A stretch of DNA of 64,000 nt from Tubiluchus corallicola (Eukaryota > Animalia > Priapulida), in the NCBI GenBank assembly GCA_030141605.1, contig JAQGDQ010001052.1:1-64000 (forward strand), read 5' to 3'. The position numbers and the translations under genes were made by a program. Shown piece after piece: positions 1 to 13,800 of this stretch; within the stretch, counting starts at the first letter, position 1, and each line of letters begins with the position of its first letter. Below the pieces are notes generated by a model. It was given only the letters and a program-made list of their open reading frames with translations. It was not told the DNA's origin and searched no databases.

Positions 1-1159
1 AATATTAGGAAAAATGGCTTCATCAGATTCGCCATTTCTATTTACTTTTTCTGCCTGGTGCTTTTGTAGCATCAATTTTACCCTATTATCATCTACAAAT
101 AATCCAAAACAATGCGTAAGGGAATTAATAATACTATTTTTGTTTTTAATGAATCTTGTTACCGACTGTGTAATGAAAACCAGTTACCGACTATAGTATA
201 ATAATCACGAAGTTCAGATTATCGAAATTTTTTGATTTTAATGTACAGGTTTCGTTTATGTTGATTCGAAAGAACAATCTTGAAAATCTTGAATTTTGAA
301 CAAAAATCTTCAACTCGGCTAGTTAACACCGACTAACCAACAGAGTAATTATTTTAACGAGCCAAAACTGGAATCTATAAGCTATAATTAAGACGTTTAG
401 TAGCTATTGCATGCCTGCAGAATTCCGTGCTTATTAGTAATTCTATCATGAGTGGTAGCACTTACTGTATTTTTATGTATATTAGAGCTGTGTAAGCACT
501 TTAAAGGTTTTGCTAATTCATCCCACGACTAATTTTCCCGTAAACACAATTAAACACAAAGATTTACTCAGCTAGAATAACAGAATTGCCAGAGTGAACC
601 GCAGAAGTGCCATAATTTCAAACATGTCCGCCGCGATGTTTAGTGGAAGATAAGAATAATTCAAATTTCTTTTGCATTTTAACCAAGGCATTTTATGCGT
701 AGGTTTGCGTGGTAATTCAATATTCTTTCTGTGCGTATTGAAATTCAGTGCACATTGTCAAGCGGTTAGTTTTTCTTTAAGAAACAAGATGATGTTGCAT
801 TTCATTTTTAGAATAATTTATGCTAGAAACAAGGTGTATGAGTGAACACGTTCATAGCGAGTGAACGTTCATCACCTAAATCTACAATATGAAGAGAAGA
901 GTAAATGTGTGTTTGCAAACCAAAATCGTTCATAAGTCGGCATTGTTAAAACTATGTTGTGATGTAAAGTAGAATGCAGCAAAAATTTCATCAAATGTCA
1001 AATGTCTGTATTAACAGATGGGCTACGTTTTTATACTAACATCAAAGCATCAGGGAAATTGTTTAGACTCAATCCCATTTTAATTTACTGTCCAAAATAT
1101 GCATTTTCTTACCTATAAAAGATAACAAATGTTTCTTATATTTGAATAATTAGCTTAGA

Positions 1160-1596
1160 AAGTTAATTAATGGCAACCGAACGCAGCTATTGCTTACGTC
1201 AGAACTAACCACAGTTTGTGCAATGGCGGGCATCTTCCCTTACGCTTCAAGCACACTTGCATAGGTGTTACAGTACAGTTTAAATGCATGATGTCATGAA
1301 AAATGGGCTTTACATCATATCACGTCATGAAACTAGCACTGCAGTTCATGATCATGGTTATCACAGTACCGCCTTCTATTTCTCGGCTACACGCATGTGA
1401 CAAAAAGGCGCCGTTGCCAATCTTAGTAGATTCACTGAGCCGCGCGTAGCTTTGAAAGTTTAAAGAAATTTGAGTATCCGAGGTAATTAATATTTAATCT
1501 AAGCTTTGATTTAAAATAAGCTATTATAGTTTTCAATATTTTAGAGCATTCTTTATTCTGAACTCGTGTTTACACAATCATCCGGTTCTCCTTTAA
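1160..1596. mobile_element. Dispersed repeat ending CCTTTAA (Kolobok/T2-MITE-like end); second copy at about 13880-14296
   Basis: Two collinear copies of about 430 bp, both ending TCCTTTAA. Confidence 0.55.
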
Positions 1597-1654
1597 GTGA
1601 CTTTTATCACACAAAAGCTGCATTATAACAGAGACAAAACTAAAAAAACACGTT

Positions 1655-1660
1655 TTTATT
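1655..1660 (-). promoter_or_regulatory. Candidate MINDY3 polyadenylation signal AATAAA
   Basis: TTTATT on the + strand, about 240 nt past the stop codon, followed by T-rich sequence on the minus strand. Confidence 0.4.
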
Positions 1661-1897
1661 TGAAAGTATTACAAAGTACAATTAAAGTTTTAAACTTTTA
1701 ATTAATTAAATTTATTAATTTATACAGTAAAGCTGCAAGTGCATAGAAGCGGCAACAACAAACATGCGTTACTTTGAAAGTTGCCTACATAGTTAAGGTA
1801 GTTTCACACCCAGACAAAAGAAACAGAAATTTTCACACCTGATATTGTTTCTTTTATAAAATCTGCTATATACAAGGTGCCTAAGAAACCCTAAATG

Positions 1898-4800
1898 TCA
1901 ATTTAATGATGGATTTGCACCGTTTTTCCAATGAACTTCTATATTATGCCACTTTGTCTGCAGACAGGTGAGAATGGGTGTGGAGTCCTGGACGCAGGGC
2001 ACTTCAAATTCTGACACGCAAGCTTCACCTTCGCTGTACGCAACCTGTAGGTAAAACAAAGTGTTAAAATAAAGGAAGATTAGCTGTCATTCAGAAAAAA
2101 ATTATAATGTGTGCTTGCGTAGCAAAATCATCCATAAGTTGGCAATTAAGCTTTTCTAGTTATTCACATATCCTGAGTCTCCATTTCATGAGGATCATTT
2201 TGATACCAAGTTCATCACTTTGCATTATTTATAAGCTGAGATAATCTACATTGAAGTTGAGGTGCAGGCTGCTCATTCAAAAACATAATATTGAGAAAAT
2301 CACTGTTAAAGTCAGCCATTGTTTTTTGCCACGTTTCTACAAACACTTAGCAACCGCGCAAATGTTGGTTGCTATGGACTTTACAAGAACACATTGAAGT
2401 TATGTTTAAATCCAGTAGATGGCTCTTCCTGATGAAGGTCTGGGGTTATCAGCAGAAAAAACCCAAAGCAAAATGGCTGCTTCCACACAAGCTACTATCA
2501 GAGTTTGAAAATACAAGTTTTTAACAATTGCAGTACTAGCTTTTAGCCAGAGAAATGGATATGGGGTTATAAAAGATCAATTTTTAGTATTTTCTAAACA
2601 ATTTCCTGATGTTTTGATGTTAAAATAAAACGTAGCCCATTCTGTTAATACAGATGATTTGACATTTGATGAAATTTTTGCTGCATTCTACTTTGAAGCA
2701 TCACAACATAGTTTTAACAATGCCGACTTACGAACGATTTTGGTTTGCAAACACACATTTACTCTTCTCTTCATATTAGAGATTTAGGTGATGAACGTGT
2801 TCACTCGCTATGAACGTGTTCACTCATACACCTCTTGTTTCTAGCATAAATTATTCTGAAAATGAAATGCAACATCATCTTGTTTCTTAAAGAAAAAACT
2901 AACCGCTTGACAATGTGCACTGAATTTCAATACGCACAGAAAGAATATTGAAATTACCACGCAACCTACGTGCATAAAATGCCTTGGTTAAAATGCAAAA
3001 GAAATTTGAATTATTCTTATCTTCCACTAAACAAACATCGCGGCGGACATATTTGGAACAAAATGGCGGCACTTCTGCGGTTCACTCGGCAATTCTGTTA
3101 TTCTAGCTGTGTAAATCTTTGTGTTTAATTGTGTTTACGGGAAAATTAGTCGTGGGATGAATTAGCAAAACCTTTAAAGTGCTTACACAGCTTAAATATA
3201 CCTAATTACACAGTAAGTGCTACCACTCATGATAGAATTACTAATAAGCACGGAATTCTGCAGGCATGCAATAGCTACTAAACGTCTTAATTAGCTTGTA
3301 GATTCCAGTTTTGGCTCGTTAAAATAATTACTCTGTTGCTTAGTCAGTGTTAACTAACCGAGTTGAAGATTTTTGTTAAAAATTCAAGATTTTCAAGATT
3401 GTTCTTTCGAATCAACACAAACGAAACCTGTACATTAAAAATGCAAAAATTTCGATAATTCAACTTCAAGATTATTATACTATAGTCGGTAACTGGTTTT
3501 CATTACACAGTCGGTAACAGGGATTCATTAAAAAAAACAAAAAATAGTATTAATAATCTCTCATTTACTGTTTTGGATTGTTTGTAGATGATAATAGTAA
3601 AATTGATGCTACAAAAGCACCAGGCAGAGAAAGTGTTTATGTTGGCATGGTAACCCGATTAAGCCATTTTTCCTTAATAATGAGTCGAGAGCATGAAGTG
3701 ATCACGTGTTTAAATTAATTTTACTAATTACACTTATCACAATTTTACTGCTGAAACTTTCTAACATTTCTCACAATAAGCTCAACTTTTCCGAGACTTG
3801 GCTTTTGTCTTGAAAACGTAACATCTACTACGAGTGACTATTAATGTTTAGTTAGCAGCTGTAGAGTTTGGCCTAATAGAAAACCTATTAGCGGTAAGTG
3901 CAGCATAGATACATACCTTTCTATTTTGACAAGCACGAGGCTGACCGTTGTAATGAAAGACCTTAAACGTTTCGTCGTTAGAGAAATTGGCCTTGTTAGG
4001 AAAGAAATTTGTGAGAAAACTCTGCAAAGTGATGACACCAAGTTGCTCCGGATCCAGTGTTTTCTTCATCACATCTACACTGCAAGTTTAATATGTTACA
4101 TTTATTATGAGCTGCGTGACCTTGATGTGTGACCTTGATGCATGACCTTGATGTGTGACCTTGATGCATGACCTTAATGAATGACCTTGATGTATGACAT
4201 TGATGTACAACCTTGATGTGTGACCTTGATGTATGACATTGATGTACAACCTTGATGTGTGACCTTGATGTAGGATGTTGATGTACAACCTTGATGTGTG
4301 ACCTTGATGTAGGATGTTGATGTACAACCTTGATGTGTGACCTTAATGTACGACCTTAATGCACGACCTTAATGTGTGACCTTGATGTAGGATGTTGATG
4401 TACAACTTTGATGTGTGACCTTGTTGCACGACCTTAATGTGTGACCTTGATGTGAGACCTTTATGGACAACCTTGATGTTTGACAATGATGCACAATCTT
4501 GATGTGCGGTCCTGATGTATGATCTTGATGTGTTACCCTGATGCACGACCTTAATGTGTGACCTTCATGTGTGATCTTAATGTGTGACCTTAGTGTGTGA
4601 CACTGATGTGTGACATTGATGTGTGACCTTGATAAATGACCTTGATGTAAGACCTTGATGTGAGATACAATGAGATCATACGTTCTACTCTTTTACACGT
4701 TCCACATGAATAAATTTGCTGTTGTAACATTTGGTAAGAACATAAAAAACACCACAAATCACAGTAGAGTTACTAGAGTATGAATTAATCTAATAGTAAC

Positions 4801-7800
4801 ACTACATTAATAACAAAGTCTGCCCTTCCCTTCCTTCGTATGGAGGATCAGAAACAAGATCCAATGTACTTAGTACATCTCCAAGTACTACTACAGAATT
4901 GTCAGTGCTACTCTATAAAAAGCTGATACAGCTAGAGAATAACAGGAGATGACAGATCAGGTACTTACTATGGAGGATCAGAAACAAGATCCAATGTACT
5001 TAGTACATCTCCAAGTACTACTACAGAATTGTCAGTGCTACTCTATAAAAAGCTGATACAGCTACAGAATAACAGGAGATGACAGATCAGGTACTTACTA
5101 TGGAGGATCAGAAACAAGATCCAATGTACTTAGTACATCTCCAAGTACTACTACAGAATTGTCAGTGCTACTCTATAAAAAGCTGATACAGCTACAGAAT
5201 AACAGGAGATGACAGATCAGGTACTTACTATGGAGGATCAGAAACAAGATCCAATGTACTTAGTACATCTCCAAGTACTACTACAGAATTGTCAGTGCTA
5301 CTCTATAAAAAGCTGATACAGCTACAGAATAACAGGAGATGACAGATCAGGTACTTACTATGGAGGATCAGAAACAAGATCCAATGTACTTAGTACATCT
5401 CCAAGTACTACTACAGAATTGTCAGTGCTACTCTATAAAAAGCTGATACAGCTACAGAATAACAGGAGATGACAGATCAGGTACTTACTATGGAGGATCA
5501 GAAACAAGATCCAATGTACTTAGTACATCTCCAAGTACTACTACAGAATTGTCAGTGCTACTCTATAAAAAGCTGATACAGCTACAGAATAACAGGAGAT
5601 GACAGATCAGGTACTTACTATGGAGGATCAGAAACAAGATCCAATGTACTTAGTACATCTCCAAGTACTACTACAGAATTGTCAGTGCTACTCTATAAAA
5701 AGCTGATACAGCTACAGAATAACAGGAGATGACAGATCAGGTACTTACTATGGAGGATCAGAAACAAGATCCAATGTACTTAGTACATCTCCAAGTACTA
5801 CTACAGAATTGTCAGTGCTACTCTATAAAAAGCTGATACAGCTACAGAATAACAGGAGATGACAGATCAGGTACTTACTATGGAGGATCAGAAACAAGAT
5901 CCAATGTACTTAGTACATCTCCAAGTACTACTACAGAATTGTCAGTGCTACTCTGTAAAAAGCTGATACAGCTAGAGAATAACAGGAGATGACAGATCAG
6001 GTACTTACTATGGAGGATCAGAAACAAGATCCAATGTACTTAGTACATCTCCAAGTACTACTACAGAATTGTCAGTGCTACTCTATAAAAAGCTGATACA
6101 GCTACAGAATAACAGGAGATGACAGATCAGGTACTTACTATGGAGGATCAGAAACAAGATCCAATGTACTTAGTACATCTCCAAGTACTACTACAGAATT
6201 GTCAGTGCTACTCTATAAAAAGCTGATACAGCTAGAGAATAACAGGAGATGACAGATCAGGTACTTACTATGGAGGATCAGAAACAAGATCCAATGTACT
6301 TAGTACATCTCCAAGTACTACTACAGAATTGTCAGTGCTACTCTATAAAAAGCTGATACAGCTACAGAATAACAGGAGATGACAGATCAGGTACTTACTA
6401 TGGAGGATCAGAAACAAGATCCAATGTACTTAGTACATCTCCAAGTACTACTACAGAATTGTCAGTGCTACTCTATAAAAAGCTGATACAGCTAGAGAAT
6501 AACAGGAGATGACAGATCAGGTACTTACTATGGAGGATCAGAAACAAGATCCAATGTACTTAGTACATCTCCAAGTACTACTACAGAATTGTCGGTGCTA
6601 CTCTATAAAAAGCTGATACAGCTACAGAATAACAGGAGATGACAGATCAGGTACTTACTATGGAGGATCAGAAACAAGATCCAATGTACTTAGTACATCT
6701 CCAAGTAATACTGCAGATATGAATCCATTTCCTGCAAATATTCAAATCACAACTACAGTCGGTAATACAATGTTCACGGGATGCAAATATTTTTACCTAT
6801 TAAGCGTGTTTCGTACTATCCATTACGTATATTCCTACTAATGTTTTTTCAACGATAAAATAGCAGTTACACATAGGGTTATCATACGTCCGGATTTCCC
6901 CGGACACATCCTCTTTTTGGGCCTCTGTCCGGGCGGGTTTTCAAAAAATCGGCAGTTTGTCCGGGTTTTGCCTCAATCCGTAAGTATGTACGAACGTTAC
7001 CAACTGCAGAGGCGTACGACAGGACGAGACAAAGAAAAGCTCGTTAATTTTCAATACAAGATGTTGCTAACATCTCAAAATGCAACCCTTGTAAAAGCTT
7101 TGTGTACGTATTTACTGAACAAGAGTAAGCGATGCGCACATCGCTACGTGTCACACGAGTGACTTCGGTCTTCGGAAAAGCAATTCGGTCTTTGGAAAAG
7201 TATTCTTGGTCTCAGCCTCGGGCTCAGTCAAGTTCAAGCCTAACTGTTTCTGAGAGCCAAGAAGAAGCAGGCGACTGACAGTTGCAGTGTGTTAATGTTT
7301 TTTGCAGTATAGCCATTTGGTATTGCTATTAGAATACATGTAGGCCTATTTGTATAATTTGAATTTTATTTTGCATTGTTTTAATAGACCCTAGACTGGT
7401 CATTTTTGCCTACTTACAAGTGTGCGAAAAACTGTCCTCTTTTTCAACTCGGACAATATGGTAACCCTAATTATACGACACCTGCAGCCTTTACATTGGT
7501 TACCTGTTAATCCGAGAACATCATTTAAGTTAGTTTAACCCCCTCTTTCCCACAAGTACAATGTTGTCAGTTGGTGTAGTACAGTAGTAACAAGCCTGCA
7601 AGCAAGAGGGTTAGTGGTGCCAGAGAGTCTGCAGTATACAGCTTTCTGCTACTTTAGTATTACATGCAGGCAGTAAGAAAAATAGGTGATTTAAACTACG
7701 TAATGGTAAATTGCAATCAGAGTGGGAAGCCAAAGTCTTTTCAAAAACTAATAATTCCAATTGGCGCAAGTGGCAAAAAGGCAGTTTTCTAGGTGATCAC

Positions 7801-10800
7801 TCATCCAATTGCTGACCAAACTCACCACTGATTAACTTGAGTCAATACGATCAATCGGGGCCACCCAGCTGTTTGTAATTGCGCCCAGTTTAAAAAGATT
7901 TTATTGTCACTTTATGTCAACTTTCCGTGTGAAATATCATAGGCGAGTTGTGGTGATTCCCAGACAAACAACCCGAGTTCAAAACCGGCTGGCGCATTTT
8001 TTTGCCAATCATTAATTCTTTTTACTTAAAAGAGAGTAAATTCTTCGAAGTTTCTCTAAATTTCAAAGGAAACTACAGTCGCCTAGAATCAATCTATGAA
8101 ACAATAAAGAAGCAATTTACCTTCCGGATCAAAACTTTTGAAGACTCTTTTAGCTGCTTCTTCTGGAGTTTCTGGAGCTACAAGAGATTTGTCCTGAAGA
8201 AAAAGAGGCAACATTTCATGATGACATTAAACTGAAACTGAAACTTGACGACTTGGCAAGCAAGAGGAGGCAAATTAGAGTATGTGATTAGTAATGTCCC
8301 AGTGAGATGATTGTATGCAAGATTCTTTGTGTTACCTGCTCAATTCACCTTTGATATTTACCTGTGTAATGTCATGTGACTCGTTAGTATCAGAGCTGCA
8401 AGTCTTTACATTGTGCGCGCTTTTGTTGTGCACATGGCAGTTGCTGTAGGTCAAAGGTTAAGTGTACCACATCAACGAATCTTAACTACAACTGTCACGT
8501 GATGTGTGGGTAAAGCGAAGCTGTCTGTCGTATCAGTTCAGTATCTTCAGTTGTTTTACGTGGACTTTACTTAATTACGCATTAGTCTGTGCACAGAGTG
8601 ATTTACTAGCAGGATCTTGCTTGGGAACAAGAAAAATGAACTAGGTAAGGTTCTAGCTAGCTGTTAAACTGTTACTATTACAACAGCATGGAGTGCGAGG
8701 CTTTGCCAATTGTGCACACACACTGTCCGGTACACTCAACCTTTGACCTTTTCATGATCATCATCAATCGCTGAACCTGTGAAAAGGCTTATTGTGCAAT
8801 GATTCAAGGATTTAACATCAAGAATCAAACAAAAAAATCTTTGACTAAATTTTGCAATACCCCAGACACAAGAAATTACTGAATGAAGCAAAGTAGGATT
8901 GTTGTTAGCGGTAGGGTTAGGGTTGGGAAACTATGGCCATATCACATTGAAAACAAAGGTTCTCGTCTGATCACCGAAGTTAAGCAACGTAGAGCCTGGT
9001 TAGTACTTGCATGGGTGACAGCCTAGGAACACCAGGTGCTGTAGGCTTGCGGGAAGCCCACACTGTATCTCGACACTAGGCGGAGGAGCTACACAAGCAG
9101 CCAACGGCTAGAGGGCAGAGGAGGTCAAGTGACCCAACGGTCATGTTTAGAGGAGTAAACCTTCCAAATCAGGAGTGGACTCCGGCACCTCTTGCAGCCA
9201 ACCTGGTGCTAAACGTATCGCTCCGCTTTCCTCTGGACTACACCAGGGAGGAAGAGAGGGGGTTCCTGTTGTCTGGGCAACTCAGGATCTCCATACACCT
9301 TGCCCAGGCTTGCGCCCTGGAGACGTTCAAGGATCGCACTGCTCAGCCACAGTCGACGCTGCAGCTCCATCAATGTGATCAATAACTGACACTCTTGGCG
9401 CACACTCCATTGTCTTCCGAGACAGAAGGATGCCAACAACAAGGGTTAGGGATGGTGTTATGGTTACAAATGGGTTAAGGTTAGAGTATTTATATTGTGT
9501 GGGGAATTGTAAACTCCTTCAAAATCGTTTAAATGATAAACGTTTAAAAAAACCGTAATTCTTCTACTGAAAAATCACTGTTCCATAAACAAGGAAGCAG
9601 TTCTCACTAAGCAGCAAGATGGACGTGCTTACCTCAGAAAACACGATGGTCAAGTGCGTTTCACTTCCCATCAACCAGATTGGAAACTTTGGACACTTGA
9701 GAAACCAACCAACCTGCTTAAACGTGAATGAAAACATCAAAGTCAACTTAAAATCCAACTCTCATTACGAATATTCAATTCATTTTATCATAAACTTTCT
9801 GTAAAACTTGTTTCTTTTGGTTTTTTATCACTTCCTTGTTAGCGAAATTAAATTTTTACGAACTGCAATTTTCGTTGTGCGACACGACTGACGTAACGAG
9901 TACAGTCACGAGGTCACCAAAGATCGGTAAACAAACATCGGAAACTAAAGACGCTTTCTGTACCTCATACGTCATTCTCGCTGACTCGCGTAAAAGACGC
10001 CAAACACGGCAATCTTTATGACTTTCACGCGTTCGAAATTCGACAGAAAAAGGTAAGTTATTTAATTTGTAAGTTTCTTTTGCTTAATAATAACTATGAA
10101 TTCTTTGTGTAATCATAATTATGTATTAAAAAACTTTAATGTGTGTTTGATATAGGCATTTAAAATGAATGATGTTGCAATCAACAAACAACACAGTATT
10201 GTCTAAATTGTGTATCTCATAATTATACACTAATACATACAATCATTGTTTTTACCTCGCAATAACGTAAGTGTTCCAGCAGTGTGAGAAAACCAACTGT
10301 TGATTGTCTAGATATTCCTCGCAGCTCTGTAAAAAAAATCAATAAATTCCAGCAAATGCTTTTATTTTCCAAGGTTCTTGGCAGCGTGAACAAATGCGGG
10401 GTGCTGCACCACCAAGAAACACATGCTTTTAGTATGAAAATGACAGAAAATCATTTCATTTCGTACCAGTCGCAGCGCGCAGCTAAAATTACTGGGGGGG
10501 GGGGGGGCTGTTTCAGAAACTGCTTCAGTACTGCTTTAATACTGTGTAAAACAAAACAGACGTGAAATTTTATTGTTGTAATTTTAGTGAACAAACATAT
10601 GAAAATTTATACATGAATTTGACAAACTTGTAAACAAAAAGCATTTTTTTCTTACGAATAGCCTAAATTGTCACAGTTGAAGAATATGCTGGTACACGGA
10701 TTTAAAGCACGTGACAACTGACAACACATACAGCGTGTTATCTCAGACATACACTCATGGCTGCATACCCACAACAGCCAAATACCATGGTGCTCGAGCT

Positions 10801-13800
10801 GTGAGCACCAAATACACCACTGTGCTGGGCTGTGAAGCAAACAGTACTACCCTCACGCGCTCTGGTTTCGTACAACTGCAAAACACACTGCACTGGGCTG
10901 TGAAACAAACAGTACTACCCTTACGCGCTCTGGTTTCGTACAACTGCAAAACGCACTGTGCTGCGCTGTGAAGCAAACAGTACTACTCTCACGTGCTCTG
11001 GTTTAGTACAACTGCGAAACGCACTGTGCTGGGCTGTGAAGCAAACAGAACTACTCTCACGTGCTCTGGTTTAGTACAACTGCGAAACGCACTGAGCTGG
11101 GCTGTGAAGCAAACAGTACTACTCTCACGTGCTCTGGACCGTACAAGTATAAAGAAAGAACTAAAGAAAAAAGACTTATTATATTGAATATTATATCGAC
11201 AATATTGAGTGAAAATAGGGGGGACTGCAGTTCCATACAGTACCTATACACGAGCCACCACTGTTTCATATGAAATCACATATGAAACACAAAACTCGTA
11301 GAATTGAAATATAGAAAACTTACTAAGGCCTGAAATATCTTTCTCGTTGTCAAACACGTGAGCAGCTGCTTGTCCTGTCAGTAACAAATTTATTAAACTT
11401 TGGCTACCATGTCCATGGATAGGATCAATTAAAGGTTGACTAGTATCTTCTCTTTCATTGTTTATATTCTCCACACCCTAAAAATCAATAATATTAGTTC
11501 ACCAAAACTGTTTTAATTTTTAAAATGGTAATACTCCTTCAGGACAGTAAGCGTTTGCTGCATTTTGCACGGGTTCATGAAAAACTGCTCTCTCTAAGCA
11601 GCGATCACGTTATATTTGATAATTTTTGCAAGTTTCTACTCCTCACACAACGGATTTTCATGCAAAATTACATATCAAATGCATTTGTTTACCTTAAACA
11701 AATTAAAAATCAATTTTTGATGAAAAAATTGAAAAATGTTTCAGTAACTGCAGTGTTTGCACTGTAACAATGTACAGTATCACTTGTGTGAAATCAGCTA
11801 ATGTAGAAAATTTCAACTATCCAGACACAACACTCTGATAAACATTGACCTCAAGTCTACTCTATTGTTAAGGAGAAATTCCTGTTAAAAATGAAATGGC
11901 CTTAATTGGTCTTTCACTGATCGTTTGGTTTTTCCTGGAATAGCAGCAGAACCTTGCACAGCATGGACTATAGCAAGTAGGCGATCAATAAATCAGTGTG
12001 TACGATCACGCAAGTGTACACCAGACTAAGCTACTCAATAAGCTAGGTTAGAGCGCCTGAAAAGGGTGTGTTTTTCTTAATTTTATCCAATTAAATCACT
12101 TATAAATGTTTAAACTAACAGCATGATTGGATAGCCGATATTCTCCTGAATAGAAAAGTATCTAATTTGTAATCATTTAGTTATGTCTGTGCTCATACAG
12201 TAGCAGAAAAGTCATAGGTCTTGTAACACGTATTTTGAATAGTGCAGTGCTGAAGGAATTAACATTTTTTACAAACTTTGAATGAAAAACATATAGCCAG
12301 TTTTATGTTATTTAATTGTCACAGTAACTAGTACAGTCGTCGTACCTTTGTCAATAATACTGAATAGAGGAAGAGAATAACACCGCATGGTCCCTGTAGA
12401 AGCTGCAACTTTTCTTTCAGCGCCGACTTTACATTTTCCAGAGATCTATAGCTGCACATGCTACAAAAATTACAATACATTCTGCACATGTTACAAAAGC
12501 AACAATCATTTCACAATGAACCATCAATAAGTCTTTTCACAGTCTTAGCGGCTGACAATAATCGTGGAAAGGTCAAAGGTTAAGTGAACCAGACAACACA
12601 CTTGTGTACACTTGACAATGCCTCACAGCCCGTGCTATTGTAATACCAACAGTTTTAACAGCTAGCTAGAGCCTTACTTTTCATTTTCTGTTGTTCCCAA
12701 GCAAGATCCTGTTAGTAAATCGCTCTATGCACAGACTAATGCATAATTAAGTAAAATACACATAAAACAATTGAAGTTACTGAACTCCTGCAGCTGACGG
12801 CTTTGCTTTACCCACATGTGACGTGACGACTGTACTTAAGATGTGTTGCTGTGGTATACTTAACCGCTGACCTACAGCAACGGGGAGTGCACACAACAAA
12901 ACTGCGAAGAGGCTTATGGCGGAAAATGACAAGAGCATTTTGGCAATTTTCTTACTTTCAGGTTAGCAAAACATCAACTAAAGCAGTGAAAAATATTCCA
13001 GTATTAGATTTTCATTAAATTTTGATCCTAGCCCTAATCCTGGCCTACCAACTTATAAGAATCCACAGAATCCACTTATAATGACTAGAAATGAACATTA
13101 ATATTATAAATTATATTTAATTATAAGTAAAAATGAACATGATTAATTCACACCTAAGATTAGCATGGAATTGTGCCTGAGGTATGTTAACGAGTTTGTT
13201 ACTATTCGTAGAAGGTATGATCTCGTTATCCTCATCCTCATTTTGAACAGAACTCAGCGGACCGGTGTACCAGATGAGAATGACTTGCTCACGGTAGACC
13301 TGTTCCAATATGTCACACATTGCCATGATAAGACGTTCACACACTTCTTCACCTAAAACACATTTGTTCAAATCAGAGCATTTTTTTATAATTGTTCATT
13401 TACAACCATTTAGACAGGATCTTACTTGACATATTAGACAGTTCAACATCGCATATATATTTAATTTCCTTTTATCATGTATATTTTGTTGTCCATTATT
13501 AATTCATCAATTATAATATATTTTCTTCTTTGGTTTGACCTGATTTGTTTATTTATTTTTTAGTTTAATCAATTACTTATATAATAATTTACTGATATGG
13601 TTGAGTACCGTTGCATATTTTCACTTTATTACGTTGTTCTCCAACCATGTAGTCTATTTAGTTAGCTTGTCTTTCATACATAATTTGTTCTCTTATTGAA
13701 CTTTCAGTGACAGTGATTATTCTTCTACTCTGTATAATAATAACACAGCAGCGCTATGAAATTTGCTTATAATTTACATTAATCTGAAAGAGGTAGGAGA

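Larger units (their letters stand above)
1..3680. repeat. Long inverted repeat: arms 1-about 1066 and about 2594-3680, with a 1.5-kb spacer containing the MINDY3 last exon
   Basis: Continuous reverse-complement alignment, for example 421-470 versus 3215-3260, with scattered substitutions and small indels. Confidence 0.9.

Noticed and set aside
8929-9048. Functional 5S rRNA gene
   Set aside because: Altered 5' end, several substitutions, no oligo-T terminator, and continuity with a SINE-like body and tail.
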